DNA of 63,970 bases, counting the filler. It is 9 parts of 9 records of this genome, joined end to end, with 100 filler letters (N's around TTAATTAATTAA, not from the genome) between each part and the next. Parts side by side here need not be neighbours in the genome. Positions count along the whole stretch, not along the records: positions 14,446 to 24,021 come from SRR31156797_77059; positions 24,122 to 32,285 come from SRR31156797_77110; 7 more parts are not named here. The stretch is one strand, 5' to 3'. Position 1 is the stretch's first letter. Each line of letters opens with the position of its first letter. A program made the translations under genes and the position numbers. Positions 21,977-32,385 of this stretch are shown here, in pieces. The notes below the pieces were generated by a model. That model had not been told where the DNA came from. It saw only the letters and a list, made by a program, of their open reading frames with translations, and searched no databases.

Positions 21977-22754
21977 TTTTACAGGCATTCACCCTTCAGC
22001 CGTGGTAAGTCCCCATGCGAAAATCGGGACAGGGGTCAAAATCGGCCCCTTCAGCAGCGTGGGAGACCGTGTGACCATCGGCTGTGATACCGAGATCGGT
22101 GCCCATGTGGCCATTGAGGGTTACACCACCATTGGGGAACGGAACCGATTCTATCCCTTCTCTTCCATCGGTACACCGCCCCAGGACATCGGTTATGAGC
22201 ATGAAGCCACACGGTTGATCATGGGCCATGACAATACCGTCAGGGAATATGTGACCATAAACCGCGCCACCACCAAGGAGGAATGGAAAACCGTCATCGG
22301 AAGTCATAACTATTTGATGGCCTATGCCCATGTGGCCCATGACTGCCGCCTTGCGGACCACGTCATCTTGGGTAACGGCGCCACCCTGGGCGGGCATACC
22401 CATATTGGAGAATACGCCATTTTAAATGCTTTCCTGGCGGTTCAGCAATTTGTGAGAATCGGCGCCCATGCTTTCTTAGGTGCCAAAGCAGGCATTGATC
22501 GCGACGTTCCTCCCTTTGTGATCACTGCCGGCCCAAGGGCCAGGCTCTACGGGATCAATCAGAAAGGGCTCAAAAGAAGGGGCTTTTCCCAGGAAACCAT
22601 CAATATTCTGAAAAAAGCGTACCGTATTTTGTGGCGGGAAAATAAAAGACTGGATGTGGGCATTTTGCAGGTGGAGCAGGAGTTGGAGATGATACCGGAG
22701 TTGAAGCTTCTGCTCGATTTCCTTGCCGGGTCAAAACGGGGGGTGATTCGGTGA
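21969..22754 (+). CDS. lpxA: Acyl-ACP:UDP-GlcNAc O-acyltransferase (probable TTG start overlapping the fabZ stop)
   Basis: IHPSAVV, PQD, REYVTINRAT, AHVAHDC, DVPPF. Confidence 0.95.
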   Translation: MDNFTGIHPSAVVSPHAKIGTGVKIGPFSSVGDRVTIGCDTEIGAHVAIEGYTTIGERNRFYPFSSIGTPPQDIGYEHEATRLIMGHDNTVREYVTINRATTKEEWKTVIGSHNYLMAYAHVAHDCRLADHVILGNGATLGGHTHIGEYAILNAFLAVQQFVRIGAHAFLGAKAGIDRDVPPFVITAGPRARLYGINQKGLKRRGFSQETINILKKAYRILWRENKRLDVGILQVEQELEMIPELKLLLDFLAGSKRGVIR

Positions 22755-23569
22755 TGCCGGCTCCGGAAAAAACCATCGGGCTGATCGCAGGTGGCGGGCA
22801 GTTCCCGCTGCTGGTGGCGGATGCGGCAAGAAAGCAGGGGGTGCGTGTGGTGGCCGTGGCCCACCATGGTGAGACGGATGCCGCCTTGTCGGAAAAGGTG
22901 GATGAGATTGTATGGATCAAACTGGGTCAGTTGGGACAACTTATCAGGACGTTCAAGAAATTTGGTGTCGGTAAGGCGCTGATGGCAGGGTCTATCGCCA
23001 AGAAGAAGATGTTTGAAATGCGTCCCGATCTAAAGGGCCTTGCCATTATGAGCAAACTGGCGATTTTTCACGATGATGATATCCTTCGGTCCGTGACGGA
23101 AGAATTTGCCAAGGAAGGTGTGGAGATTGTCAGTTCCACCCTTTATCTGCCCGAGCTTCTGGCCTCCGAGGGATGTTTCACCAAACGGCGGCCCACCAAA
23201 AATGAATGGACGGATATCCGCTTCGGTTGGAAGATTGCCAAGGAGTTGGGTCGTTTGGATATCGGGCAGAGTGTCGTGGTGCGGAAAAAGACGGTTTTGG
23301 CATTGGAGGCCATTGATGGTACTGATGCCACCATACTTCGCGGGGGCGCCCTTGCCAGAGAGAAGGCCGTCGTGGTTAAAGTCAGCAAACCCAAGCAGGA
23401 CCTTCGTTTTGATGTACCTTGCGTAGGCATGGAAACCATTTCCGTTATGTCGCAGGTTAAGGGTGCCGTTCTGGCAGTGGAGGCCGGACGTACATTGATG
23501 TTTGACAAGCAGGAGATGGTCAAGGTCGCGGACAGGGAAAAGATCGCCGTGGTTGCCATTGAGGGTTGA
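22754..23569 (+). CDS. lpxI: UDP-2,3-diacylglucosamine pyrophosphatase
   Basis: GLIAGGGQFP, LDIGQSVV, EAIDGTD, KPKQDLRFDVP. Confidence 0.93.
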   Translation: MPAPEKTIGLIAGGGQFPLLVADAARKQGVRVVAVAHHGETDAALSEKVDEIVWIKLGQLGQLIRTFKKFGVGKALMAGSIAKKKMFEMRPDLKGLAIMSKLAIFHDDDILRSVTEEFAKEGVEIVSSTLYLPELLASEGCFTKRRPTKNEWTDIRFGWKIAKELGRLDIGQSVVVRKKTVLALEAIDGTDATILRGGALAREKAVVVKVSKPKQDLRFDVPCVGMETISVMSQVKGAVLAVEAGRTLMFDKQEMVKVADREKIAVVAIEG

Positions 23570-23582
23570 AAGCTGCTTTACA

Positions 23583-23625
23583 CTAACAGCTAAAAGCTAA
23601 CAGCTAATGGCTAAAAGCTAACAGC
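23583..23625. repeat. Heptamer tandem repeat CTAA(C/A)AG, about 6 copies
   Basis: ctaacag ctaaaag ctaacag ctaatgg ctaaaag ctaacag c. Confidence 0.85.
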
Positions 23626-23641
23626 TTCCCAGGAGATAAGC

Positions 23642-24021
23642 GTGAAACAGGACAAACTTAGAGTTGCGGTGATAGGCGTAGGTCATTTAGGCGAGTACCA
23701 TGTGCAGAAATATAAGGCCTTGCCCCACGTGGAACTTGTGGGCGTTGTGGATGTTGACGAGAATCGCGTCCAGGAGATTGCCCGTCGATATGATACGGCG
23801 GGACATAAAGATCATTCCCGCATCCTTTCCCATGTGGATGCCGTGAGCCTGGCCGTGACCACGGAGATGCATTTTGAAGTGGCAAAAGATGTGTTAGCGA
23901 GCAACGTTCACATGCTCATTGAAAAGCCCATAACCTACGACCTGAAAGAAGCGGATCAGTTGATCCAAATGGCCCGTGAACGAAACCTGGTGCTGCAGGT
24001 GGGGCTCATTGAGCGATTTAA
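23642..24021 (+). CDS. Gfo/Idh/MocA oxidoreductase (GnnA-like), 3' truncated
   Basis: VAVIGVGHLG..H, EKP motif; located in the lipid A operon. Confidence 0.88.
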
Positions 24022-24121
24022 NNNNNNNNNNNNNNNNNNNNNNNNNNNNNNNNNNNNNNNNNNNNTTAATTAATTAANNNNNNNNNNNNNNNNNNNNNNN
24101 NNNNNNNNNNNNNNNNNNNNN

Positions 24122-24883
24122 ATTGTTTTTCATGCAGCTGCCTATAAACATGTCCCAATGATGGAGATCCATCCCTGGGAAGCGGTCAAAAACAACATCG
24201 CAGGCACGGTAAATCTTGTCGAGGCTTCCCTGGAATTTAATCTCAATCGGTTTGTGCTTGTTTCAACAGACAAGGCGGTTCGTCCTACCAATGTCATGGG
24301 AGCTTCCAAAAGGGTTGCTGAAATGGTTGTTCAGAATTCGGCGTGTGACTCGAGTACCAAGTTTATTACCGTTCGTTTCGGCAATGTCGTTGGAAGTTCA
24401 GGAAGTGTCATTCCGTTGTTTAAGAAGCAGATCGCCCAAGGAGGACCGGTTACCGTCACCCATCCAGATATGCAACGGTTTTTCATGATGATCCCGGAGG
24501 CTTGCCAGCTCATTTTGCAGGCCGGCGCCATGGGGCATGGCGGGGAGATTTTTATTCTGGATATGGGGGAGCCGGTTAAAATAGACGATATGGCACGGGA
24601 TCTGATCAAGTTTTCCGGGTTGGAGCCTGACAGGGATATCCAGATTGAGTATATCGGCTTAAGGCCGGGTGAAAAACTCTATGAAGAGCTCATTGCCGAA
24701 GGTGAAGATACCGTATCAACCGACCATGACAAGATTATGGTCCTCAATGGCATCGACTGCAATATCGGCCGGTTGAATGGAAACATCGAACGGTTGAAGC
24801 AGGCCGCGGAAAAACAGGATTCAACCGCGGTCATTGATTTGCTCCAGAAGGTCCTTCCCGAATATAAACCGACTCATAACTAG
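24122..24883 (+). CDS. Nucleoside-diphosphate-sugar 4,6-dehydratase (CapD/PglF-like), 5' truncated
   Basis: FHAAAYKHVP, STDKAV.PTNVMGASKR, VRFGNV.GS.GSV, RPGEKLYEEL. Confidence 0.93.
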   Translation: MVFHAAAYKHVPMMEIHPWEAVKNNIAGTVNLVEASLEFNLNRFVLVSTDKAVRPTNVMGASKRVAEMVVQNSACDSSTKFITVRFGNVVGSSGSVIPLFKKQIAQGGPVTVTHPDMQRFFMMIPEACQLILQAGAMGHGGEIFILDMGEPVKIDDMARDLIKFSGLEPDRDIQIEYIGLRPGEKLYEELIAEGEDTVSTDHDKIMVLNGIDCNIGRLNGNIERLKQAAEKQDSTAVIDLLQKVLPEYKPTHN

Positions 24884-24895
24884 AGGGTAAAAAAC

Positions 24896-25888
24896 ATGAA
24901 TGTTCTTGTGACAGGGGCAGCAGGTTTCATAGGCTTCTTTTTGAGTAAAAAACTCTTGGAGAATGGTGACACGGTCGTTGGGGTTGATAATCTTAACGAT
25001 TATTATGATATTGCTTTAAAAAAAGGGAGGCTGGAGATCCTCAACCGGTTCGATGGCTTTTCCTTTGAGCTGTTGGATATCTCCGATCGGGAGGGGGTTG
25101 AAAAGCTTTTTGCCGCCAACCGTTTCGATGTCGTGGTCAATCTTGCCGCCCAGGCCGGGGTCCGTTACAGCATCGACAACCCCCACGCCTACGTGGATTC
25201 CAATCTCATCGGGTTTGCCAACATACTTGAGGGGTGCCGCCGGATCAAACCCGCCCATCTTGTCTATGCTTCCTCCAGTTCCGTGTATGGTGAAAATAAA
25301 AAAATGCCCTTTTCGGTCACCGATACCGTGGACCACCCGGTCTCGCTTTATGCTGCCACAAAGAAGTCCAACGAACTCATGGCCCACGCCTATGCCCATC
25401 TTTATTCAATCCCTGTGACCGGATTGCGCTTTTTTACGGTGTACGGTCCCTGGGGGCGTCCTGATATGGCCTACTTCAAGTTCACCAAGGCGATCCTGGC
25501 AGGCAAACCCATTGATGTCTACAACCACGGCAATATGCGCCGGGACTTTACCTATATCGATGATATCGTCAAGGGCGTGGTAAAGGTGATGGCTGATCCT
25601 CCGGAGTGTGGGACTGATAAGGAAAGCAACGAAACCACGGCCCCCTATCGCCTCTACAATATCGGAAACAACGAACCCGTTGAACTTGGACATTATATCG
25701 AGGTGCTGGAAAAGCACCTTGGGAAAAAGGCCGTGAAAAACATGCTGCCCATGCAGCCGGGAGATGTGCCTGCGACCTATGCCGATATAGACAGCCTGAC
25801 CCGGGATACCGGGTTCAAGCCGGAGACCTCCATTGACGAGGGGCTTGGTCACTTTGTGCGCTGGTACCGCAAATTTTATCAACAATAG
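24896..25888 (+). CDS. NAD-dependent epimerase (UDP-glucuronate 4-epimerase type)
   Basis: GAAGFIG, LAAQAGVRYS, SLYAATKK, YGPWGRPDMA. Confidence 0.93.
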   Translation: MNVLVTGAAGFIGFFLSKKLLENGDTVVGVDNLNDYYDIALKKGRLEILNRFDGFSFELLDISDREGVEKLFAANRFDVVVNLAAQAGVRYSIDNPHAYVDSNLIGFANILEGCRRIKPAHLVYASSSSVYGENKKMPFSVTDTVDHPVSLYAATKKSNELMAHAYAHLYSIPVTGLRFFTVYGPWGRPDMAYFKFTKAILAGKPIDVYNHGNMRRDFTYIDDIVKGVVKVMADPPECGTDKESNETTAPYRLYNIGNNEPVELGHYIEVLEKHLGKKAVKNMLPMQPGDVPATYADIDSLTRDTGFKPETSIDEGLGHFVRWYRKFYQQ

Positions 25889-25993
25889 GGGACGTTTCCC
25901 TTGGGGCTTCTCGACACTTACCTGTGATTACAATTAATGGGGGGCTTCTTTCAGTCTATAAAAGCCTCACCTAAGACCATCAAGGATTTTTGC

Positions 25994-27325
25994 ATGAATA
26001 TCACAATGATCGGAACCGGATATGTGGGACTTGTTTCAGGGGCATGCTTTTCTGAAATGGGAAGTCATGTGACCTGTGTAGACGTGGATGAAACCAAGAT
26101 AGAAAATTTGAAAAAGGGTGTTTTGCCCATCTATGAGCCTGGTTTGGAGGCCATGGTGGTGCAGAATCATGGTGAGGGACTTTTGGGGTTTTCCACCTCC
26201 CTTGCCCAGGCCATGAAGCGGTCCAACATCTATTTTATTGCCGTCGGTACGCCTCCCGGTGAGGACGGGTCCGCGGATCTCAGCTATGTTCTTGGTGTTG
26301 CCTCTGAAATTGGTAAAAACCTCGAAGAGTATGCCGTGATCGTGGATAAATCGACTGTTCCGGTGGGAACGGCGGACAAGGTCCGGGCCACAGTCCAAAA
26401 GGAGCTTGACCTTCGCGGGGTGGACGTGGAATTTGATGTGGTAAGCAACCCGGAGTTCCTTAAAGAGGGGGCCGCCATAGGCGATTTCATGAAGCCGGAC
26501 AGGATCATTGTCGGGGCGGATTCGGACAGGGCCCGCAAGATGATGAAGCGGCTCTACGCGCCGTTCTCAATGAATCGGGACAAGATCATTTTTATGAGTG
26601 TCAGGGACGCCGAAATGACCAAATATGCGGCAAATTCCATGCTGGCCACCAAGATCTCCTTCATGAACGAGGTGGCCAACATCTGTGAGCGCCTTGGCGT
26701 GGATGTGGAAAATGTGAGAAAGGGGATCGGGTCCGATTCAAGAATCGGTTATTCATTTATCTATCCCGGGTGCGGTTACGGCGGCTCCTGTTTTCCAAAG
26801 GATGTCAAGGCGCTGATCCGGACAAGCAGGGAAAATGATTTTGACCCCCGGTTGCTCTCAGCCGTTGAAAGCCGGAATGAGAGCCAGAAACTGCGATTGT
26901 TCCAGAAAATCGTGGACCGGTTTGGAAACGATCTTTCCGGACATTTGCTGGCAGTGTGGGGGCTTGCATTTAAACCGGGGACCGATGACATGAGGGAGGC
27001 GCCCTCCGTTGTGCTGATCAACGAACTTGTGAAAGCCGGGGCAAGGGTGCGAGCCTATGATCCGGTTGCCATGAACGAGGCGCGGCGGGAATTTCCCCAG
27101 CAGTGGTTTGACGATAAACGGATCGTCCTGGCTGAACAGCCCTATGATGCCCTGGACAATGCCGATGCCCTGGTGCTTGTCACCGAATGGAAAACGTTTC
27201 GTCAGCCCGATTTTAACGGGATGAAAGAGCGCATGGCAAAGTGGGTGATATTTGACGGCAGAAACCAGTATGATCCTGAAGAGGTCAGGGAGTCGGGGTT
27301 TGATTATTTTGGCATCGGCCGCTGA
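25994..27325 (+). CDS. ugd: UDP-glucose 6-dehydrogenase
   Basis: GTGYVGLV, KSTVPVGT, NPEFLKEG, GYGGSCFPKD, FKPGTDDMRE. Confidence 0.95.
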   Translation: MNITMIGTGYVGLVSGACFSEMGSHVTCVDVDETKIENLKKGVLPIYEPGLEAMVVQNHGEGLLGFSTSLAQAMKRSNIYFIAVGTPPGEDGSADLSYVLGVASEIGKNLEEYAVIVDKSTVPVGTADKVRATVQKELDLRGVDVEFDVVSNPEFLKEGAAIGDFMKPDRIIVGADSDRARKMMKRLYAPFSMNRDKIIFMSVRDAEMTKYAANSMLATKISFMNEVANICERLGVDVENVRKGIGSDSRIGYSFIYPGCGYGGSCFPKDVKALIRTSRENDFDPRLLSAVESRNESQKLRLFQKIVDRFGNDLSGHLLAVWGLAFKPGTDDMREAPSVVLINELVKAGARVRAYDPVAMNEARREFPQQWFDDKRIVLAEQPYDALDNADALVLVTEWKTFRQPDFNGMKERMAKWVIFDGRNQYDPEEVRESGFDYFGIGR

Positions 27326-27535
27326 TTTTTTATCTTGACATTTTGCGTGGGGTTGTCAAAATACAGGGCAGTGCTTTTTGAATGCCCATGCTGGCACCCC
27401 CCGCCCTGGTGATCGACATTCAGGTACGGATTCGCGGAACCCTTCGATCGAATGCTCCTGTGGAATAGCACATTGATAATCAGTTTCCTTTTGGGAAATC
27501 GAAGCGATAGTATTCCAACAACATAGGAGGATAAG

Positions 27536-27823
27536 ATGAAACAAAGAAAAAAATGTTTTGCGCTGCTTGTTGCCGTAATCTCTCTGTTTGTCTTTATGTC
27601 ACCTGCAATCGCATCCGAAGGAACGGTCAATATCAACACGGCAACCGAAAAAGAACTGTGTACCCTGAAACGGGTGGGACCCAAGTATGCAAAACGGATC
27701 ATTGATCACCGTAACAAGGAGGGGGCGTTCAATACCCCCAAGGATATCATGAAGGTCAAGGGGATAGGGCGCAAGACCTTCGAGGCAAATAAGGCAATCA
27801 TCGTTGTCAAGGATGGCAATTAA
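27536..27823 (+). CDS. comEA: ComEA-family helix-hairpin-helix DNA-binding protein
   Basis: Signal peptide, VNINTA..EL..L..VG...A..II, VKGIG. RBS AGGAGG. Confidence 0.9.
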   Translation: MKQRKKCFALLVAVISLFVFMSPAIASEGTVNINTATEKELCTLKRVGPKYAKRIIDHRNKEGAFNTPKDIMKVKGIGRKTFEANKAIIVVKDGN

Positions 27824-27972
27824 CATCAGGAGGTTCAGGCTCCGATTTTCCAAAAGGTGCAACCTTCACTTGAAAATCGTTGGTTTTGTATTATTATTAA
27901 AAACCATGCCGGCTCGTCGGTGTGGTTTTTTGTTTTTAACGGGGCTGAATAGATGATAGGAGAGTAGAAAAT

Positions 27973-28701
27973 TTGGAAATATCAAAGGCTTTTGCAAAAA
28001 GATCGTTTCTTGTGATAATTGGGTTTATGTTGATGTTGGTGCTTGGCTTGAATGCGGGCGTCTATTTTGGGATGGAAAGACTGTTACAGCTTCTCGCCTC
28101 CGATACCTGGACCGCCGTTAATTTATTGAAGCTTGTGTCAGCGAACTATTTTACCTGGTTCCTGCCGGTTTCAGCCGCGGCTTTTTTCCTGTGTGGTCTT
28201 CTCCTCTGGCTTGTTGTCAAGGTGGGCGTTGCACCGATTTTCAGGGCCAGGGAGGTCGAACAGCCCATTGAAAAACAAGGGAAAAAGGATGCTGCCGACC
28301 ACAGGATCGAGCAGGAAAGACGGCGGCGGGTCTTTTTACATGTGCTTTCGGTACTCCAGCGTGAAGGCCGGCTCCTTGACTTTTTTGACGAGGATCTCTC
28401 TCTCTATGATGACGATCAGATCGGAGCCGCCGTCAGAAGCATCCAGGAGGATTGCAAAAAGGCCGTCGGCAAGTATCTTGCCCTCAAACCCGTGATCGAC
28501 AGGGAAGAGGGGGACGAGGTGGTGGTTGATCCCGGATTTGATCCTGATTCCATCAAGCTCACCGGCAATGTGACCGGGAACCCGCCCTTTAAGGGCGTGT
28601 TGAGGCACCGTGGATGGAAGGCCGGTAAAAGGGAGATCCCAAAACTTTCCGACGTGCTTGATTCTTCCATTATCGTTCCCGCGGAAGTTGAGATGGAATG
28701 A
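27973..28701 (+). CDS. DUF2760-domain membrane protein
   Basis: Two N-terminal TMs, LSVLQREGRLLDF.EDL..Y.D.QIGAAVR, LTGNV.G.PPF.GVL.HRGW, PAEVE. Confidence 0.88.
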   Translation: MEISKAFAKRSFLVIIGFMLMLVLGLNAGVYFGMERLLQLLASDTWTAVNLLKLVSANYFTWFLPVSAAAFFLCGLLLWLVVKVGVAPIFRAREVEQPIEKQGKKDAADHRIEQERRRRVFLHVLSVLQREGRLLDFFDEDLSLYDDDQIGAAVRSIQEDCKKAVGKYLALKPVIDREEGDEVVVDPGFDPDSIKLTGNVTGNPPFKGVLRHRGWKAGKREIPKLSDVLDSSIIVPAEVEME

Positions 28702-28754
28702 TATATCGGGATCTGGTTTACCTTATAGATGTAAATCGCTTGTCTCTTTGAACA

Positions 28755-28852
28755 TAGTCTCAATAAGCTTTATATATCGGGGGCAGGCTTAGCTTATTGG
28801 CGTTAGTCGTTTGGTTTTTTGAGTTTAGTCTCAATAAGCTAAGCCTGACCCC
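28755..28852. repeat. REP-like inverted/direct repeat element
   Basis: GGGGGCAGGCTTAGCTTATTG (28779-28799) pairs with CAATAAGCTAAGCCTGACCCC (28832-28852); TAGTCTCAATAAGCT occurs twice. Confidence 0.7.
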
Positions 28853-28906
28853 TGCTGAACGTAACTTTTTTATTATTGACAGGTATATAACATACGGAGT
28901 GCTTTC

Positions 28907-30712
28907 GTGAAAAATGCCCGCTACATTGTCGGTATCGACCTTGGAACAACCAACAGCGTTGTGGCCTACACCGATGCCGTAACAACCGATGAGTCCGAGA
29001 TAAAGGTTTTTAAGATTCCCCAGCTCACAGGGGCCGGTGTCCTTGAGGCGCGGGAGTCCCTTCCGTCCTTCCTTTGTTTGCTGGATGGGGTTGAGGTTTC
29101 GGACGCCTCGCTTGCCCTGCCGTGGAGCGAACGAAATTCCATGACGGCGGGAGAGTTTGCACGGGAACGGGGAACCGAAGTACCCCATAAACTGATCAGT
29201 TCCTCAAAGTCCTGGCTCTGCAACGCCCAGGTCGACCGGGAGGCGGATGTCCTTCCCTGGGGAAGTGCGGATGATGTTGAGAAGATTTCTCCGGTGAGGG
29301 CTTCAAGCAGCATCCTCTCCCATATCCGGCAGGCATGGAATTATGAGATGGCCGGCGACGATGATACCCTTCTTCTTGAGAAACAGGAGATTTATCTGAC
29401 GGTCCCGGCATCCTTTGATGCCGTGGCAAGGGAGCTCACCGTACAGGCCGCGCATATGGCGGGTCTGGCCGATATCACCCTGATCGAAGAGCCCCAGGCG
29501 GCTTTCTACTCCTGGATCGACCGGTCCGGAGACGATTGGCGGGACAAGGTTGAAAAAGGCGATCTGGTTCTTGTCTGCGACATCGGCGGCGGAACAAGTG
29601 ATTTCAGCCTCATCGAGGTCCAGGAAGGGGAGGGGGGCGCACTTTCCCTTGAGCGGCTCGCCGTTGGAGACCATCTCCTGGTGGGCGGTGACAATATCGA
29701 TCTTGCCCTGAGTTATTTCCTTGCATCAAAGTTGCGGGAAAAAGGGAAAAAACTGGATGACTGGCAGATGAGAGGACTTGTCCACTCCTGCAGAAAAGCA
29801 AAGGAATCCCTTTTTACGGGTGACAGCTGGGGCAACTATCCGGTGACGATCCTGGGAAGGGGCTCCGGACTTATCAAGGGGACCATCAAGTCAAAGCTCG
29901 AGTACGCCGATGTGGAGAAGATCGTCCTGGACGGTTTCTTTCCTGAAACGGCTCTTGATCAAAAACCGGTCCAGACCAATGTGGCCGGTATTCGGGAGTT
30001 TGGCCTCAGCTATGAGGCAGACCCCGGCATCACCCGTCACCTGGCCAAGTTTATTTCGGCCCACAGGGACGACCAGGGGCAGGTTCGCCTCCCAACGGCG
30101 GTTGTGTTCAACGGTGGTGTGATGAAGTCCCCGGCCCTGCGGGAGCGTGTAATGGAGACCCTTGCCTCATGGAGCCAAAGTGCCGGCCAGGGAACGATCC
30201 GGGAGATCGACACCGGCGATTTCGATTTGAGTGTTGCAAGGGGGGCTGCCTACTACGGCCGTGCCGCCAAGGGCGACGGCATTCGAATCCGGGGTGGCCT
30301 CGGTTGTTCCTATTATCTGGCCGTTGAGGCCGCCATGCCGGCCGTTCCCGGCATCGTCCTGCCGACCCGGGCCCTGTGCATCGCCCCGTTTGGCATGGAA
30401 GAGGGGACCGGAGCGGTAAACGAAGGCCGGCTCTTCAACCTGGTCGTCGGGGACGTGGTCCGGTTCGACATCATGACCTCAACCATGCGCCACCAGGATA
30501 TGGTGGGAGACATCGTCGATAACTGGGAGCAGGAGGAGATCCGGGAACTGTCAAGCATCGAGACCATTCTCGAGGGCGAGGAGAATACGATTCTCCCGGT
30601 GACCTTTGAAGTGAGACTCACCGAAATCGGTACACTTGAGTTTTGGGCCTGTTCTCGGGACGATGACCGGCGGTGGAAGCTCGAGTTCAATGTTCGGCCG
30701 AAATCAGAATAA
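28907..30712 (+). CDS. Atypical Hsp70-family protein
   Basis: GIDLGTTNS, TVPASFD, EEPQAA, DIGGGTSD, GGDNID; no canonical DnaK lid. Confidence 0.9.
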   Translation: MKNARYIVGIDLGTTNSVVAYTDAVTTDESEIKVFKIPQLTGAGVLEARESLPSFLCLLDGVEVSDASLALPWSERNSMTAGEFARERGTEVPHKLISSSKSWLCNAQVDREADVLPWGSADDVEKISPVRASSSILSHIRQAWNYEMAGDDDTLLLEKQEIYLTVPASFDAVARELTVQAAHMAGLADITLIEEPQAAFYSWIDRSGDDWRDKVEKGDLVLVCDIGGGTSDFSLIEVQEGEGGALSLERLAVGDHLLVGGDNIDLALSYFLASKLREKGKKLDDWQMRGLVHSCRKAKESLFTGDSWGNYPVTILGRGSGLIKGTIKSKLEYADVEKIVLDGFFPETALDQKPVQTNVAGIREFGLSYEADPGITRHLAKFISAHRDDQGQVRLPTAVVFNGGVMKSPALRERVMETLASWSQSAGQGTIREIDTGDFDLSVARGAAYYGRAAKGDGIRIRGGLGCSYYLAVEAAMPAVPGIVLPTRALCIAPFGMEEGTGAVNEGRLFNLVVGDVVRFDIMTSTMRHQDMVGDIVDNWEQEEIRELSSIETILEGEENTILPVTFEVRLTEIGTLEFWACSRDDDRRWKLEFNVRPKSE

Positions 30713-30731
30713 AAAAAAGGTAAAAAATAAA

Positions 30732-32285
30732 TTGGATTTCCAGGATAAACATTTTGTAGTTGGCATCGATCTTGGCACGACCAATTGTGCTGTTTCCTAC
30801 GTCGACCTCACCACTATGAACGATCAGGGCGGTAAGAGCCCCATCAGAACGTTTAACGTGCCCCAGCTGACCGGCGCCGGAGAGTTCTCCGGGAGTCCGG
30901 TGCTGCCTTCGTTCCTCTATATCCCAGGGGAGTACGATGTCTCGGGCGCCGCGTTGAAACATCCCTGGAAAACCGAGGATGACCGGTTTGTCGGCGCCTT
31001 TGCCAGGGACCATGGTTCAAAGGTCCCGGCCCGGCTTGTCTCGTCCGCCAAAAGCTGGCTCTGCCACGCACGGGCCGACAGGGAGGCGAAAATTCTTCCC
31101 TGGGGCGCCGAAGGTGTCGAAAAAGTTTCGCCGGTGGCCGCCACTTCCCTTTATCTCAGGCACATTCGAAAGGCCTGGAACCACAACAAGCGGGACGAGG
31201 ATCTTTTCCTTGAAAACCAGTTTGTCGTGATCACGGTGCCTGCCTCCTTTGATGAGGCTGCCAGGGAGTTTACCCTGAAAGCCGCCAAAGAGGCGGGACT
31301 CGGGGCAAACGTCACCCTCCTTGAAGAGCCCCTGGCCGCCTTTTACGCATGGCTTGTCCTCCATGAAAAAGACTGGCAGAACCATGTCCGGCCCGACGAC
31401 CTCATCCTGGTGTGTGATGTGGGCGGCGGTACCACCGACTTTACCTTGATCTCCCTGAAGGAATCCGAGGGGAGCCCCAGGTTTGAACGACTGGCCGTTG
31501 GGGATCATCTGATCCTGGGCGGAGACAATATTGACCTTGCCCTGGCCAACCATGTGGAATCCAAGTTCAAGAAGCGGGAGCCCCTCAGTCAGGATCGCTG
31601 GAAGACCTTGTGCCACAAGTGCCGGGACGCCAAGGAGAAGATCCTGGAACAGGGCCGGGACTCCGTCCGGATAACCCTCAAGGGACAGGGCCGGTCTGTC
31701 ATTGCAGGCACTCTTGCCGCGGATCTTACACGGGAGGGTCTTGAAACAATCCTCTGTCAAGGCTTCTTCCCCGATGTCGAGGCGGAAGAGAATTCCCGAA
31801 AGCCCTCCGGCAAGGCCATTGCGGAGTTTGGGCTGCCCTATGAGCAGGAACCGGCCATCACACGGCATATCGGCTGGTTTCTGGAGAAACACCGGGACGA
31901 GGTGAAGCGACTCCTTGGAAAAGAGCCCATGCCCGACCACATCCTGTTCAACGGAGGTTCCCTGAAGCCTTCCCTTCTCCAGGAGCGGATCCGCAGTTCC
32001 ATCCGGCACTGGTTCGGTTCGGAAAGGGAAGAACTCCCCACACTCCTTGAAAACCGGAGTCCCGATCTCTCCGTTGCCGTTGGCGCTTCCTACTATGGCC
32101 TTGTAAAACAGGGAACCGGCGTCAGGGTGGGCAGCGGCAGCCCTAGGAGCTACTATGTGGGGGTCGCAACCCAGGAGGGCAGCAGGAACGGAGATGCAAA
32201 GGCGCTCTGCGTCGTGGAGCGGGGATTGGATGAGGGATCGGCCATCGAACTTCCCAAGATGGAGTTTGAAGTGCTGACGAACCAA
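30732..32285 (+). CDS. Second atypical Hsp70-family protein (often DUF3731-fused), 3' truncated
   Basis: GIDLGTTNC, TVPASFD, DVGGGTTD, GGDNID; probable TTG start. Confidence 0.9.
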
Positions 32286-32385
32286 NNNNNNNNNNNNNNN
32301 NNNNNNNNNNNNNNNNNNNNNNNNNNNNNTTAATTAATTAANNNNNNNNNNNNNNNNNNNNNNNNNNNNNNNNNNNNNNNNNNNN

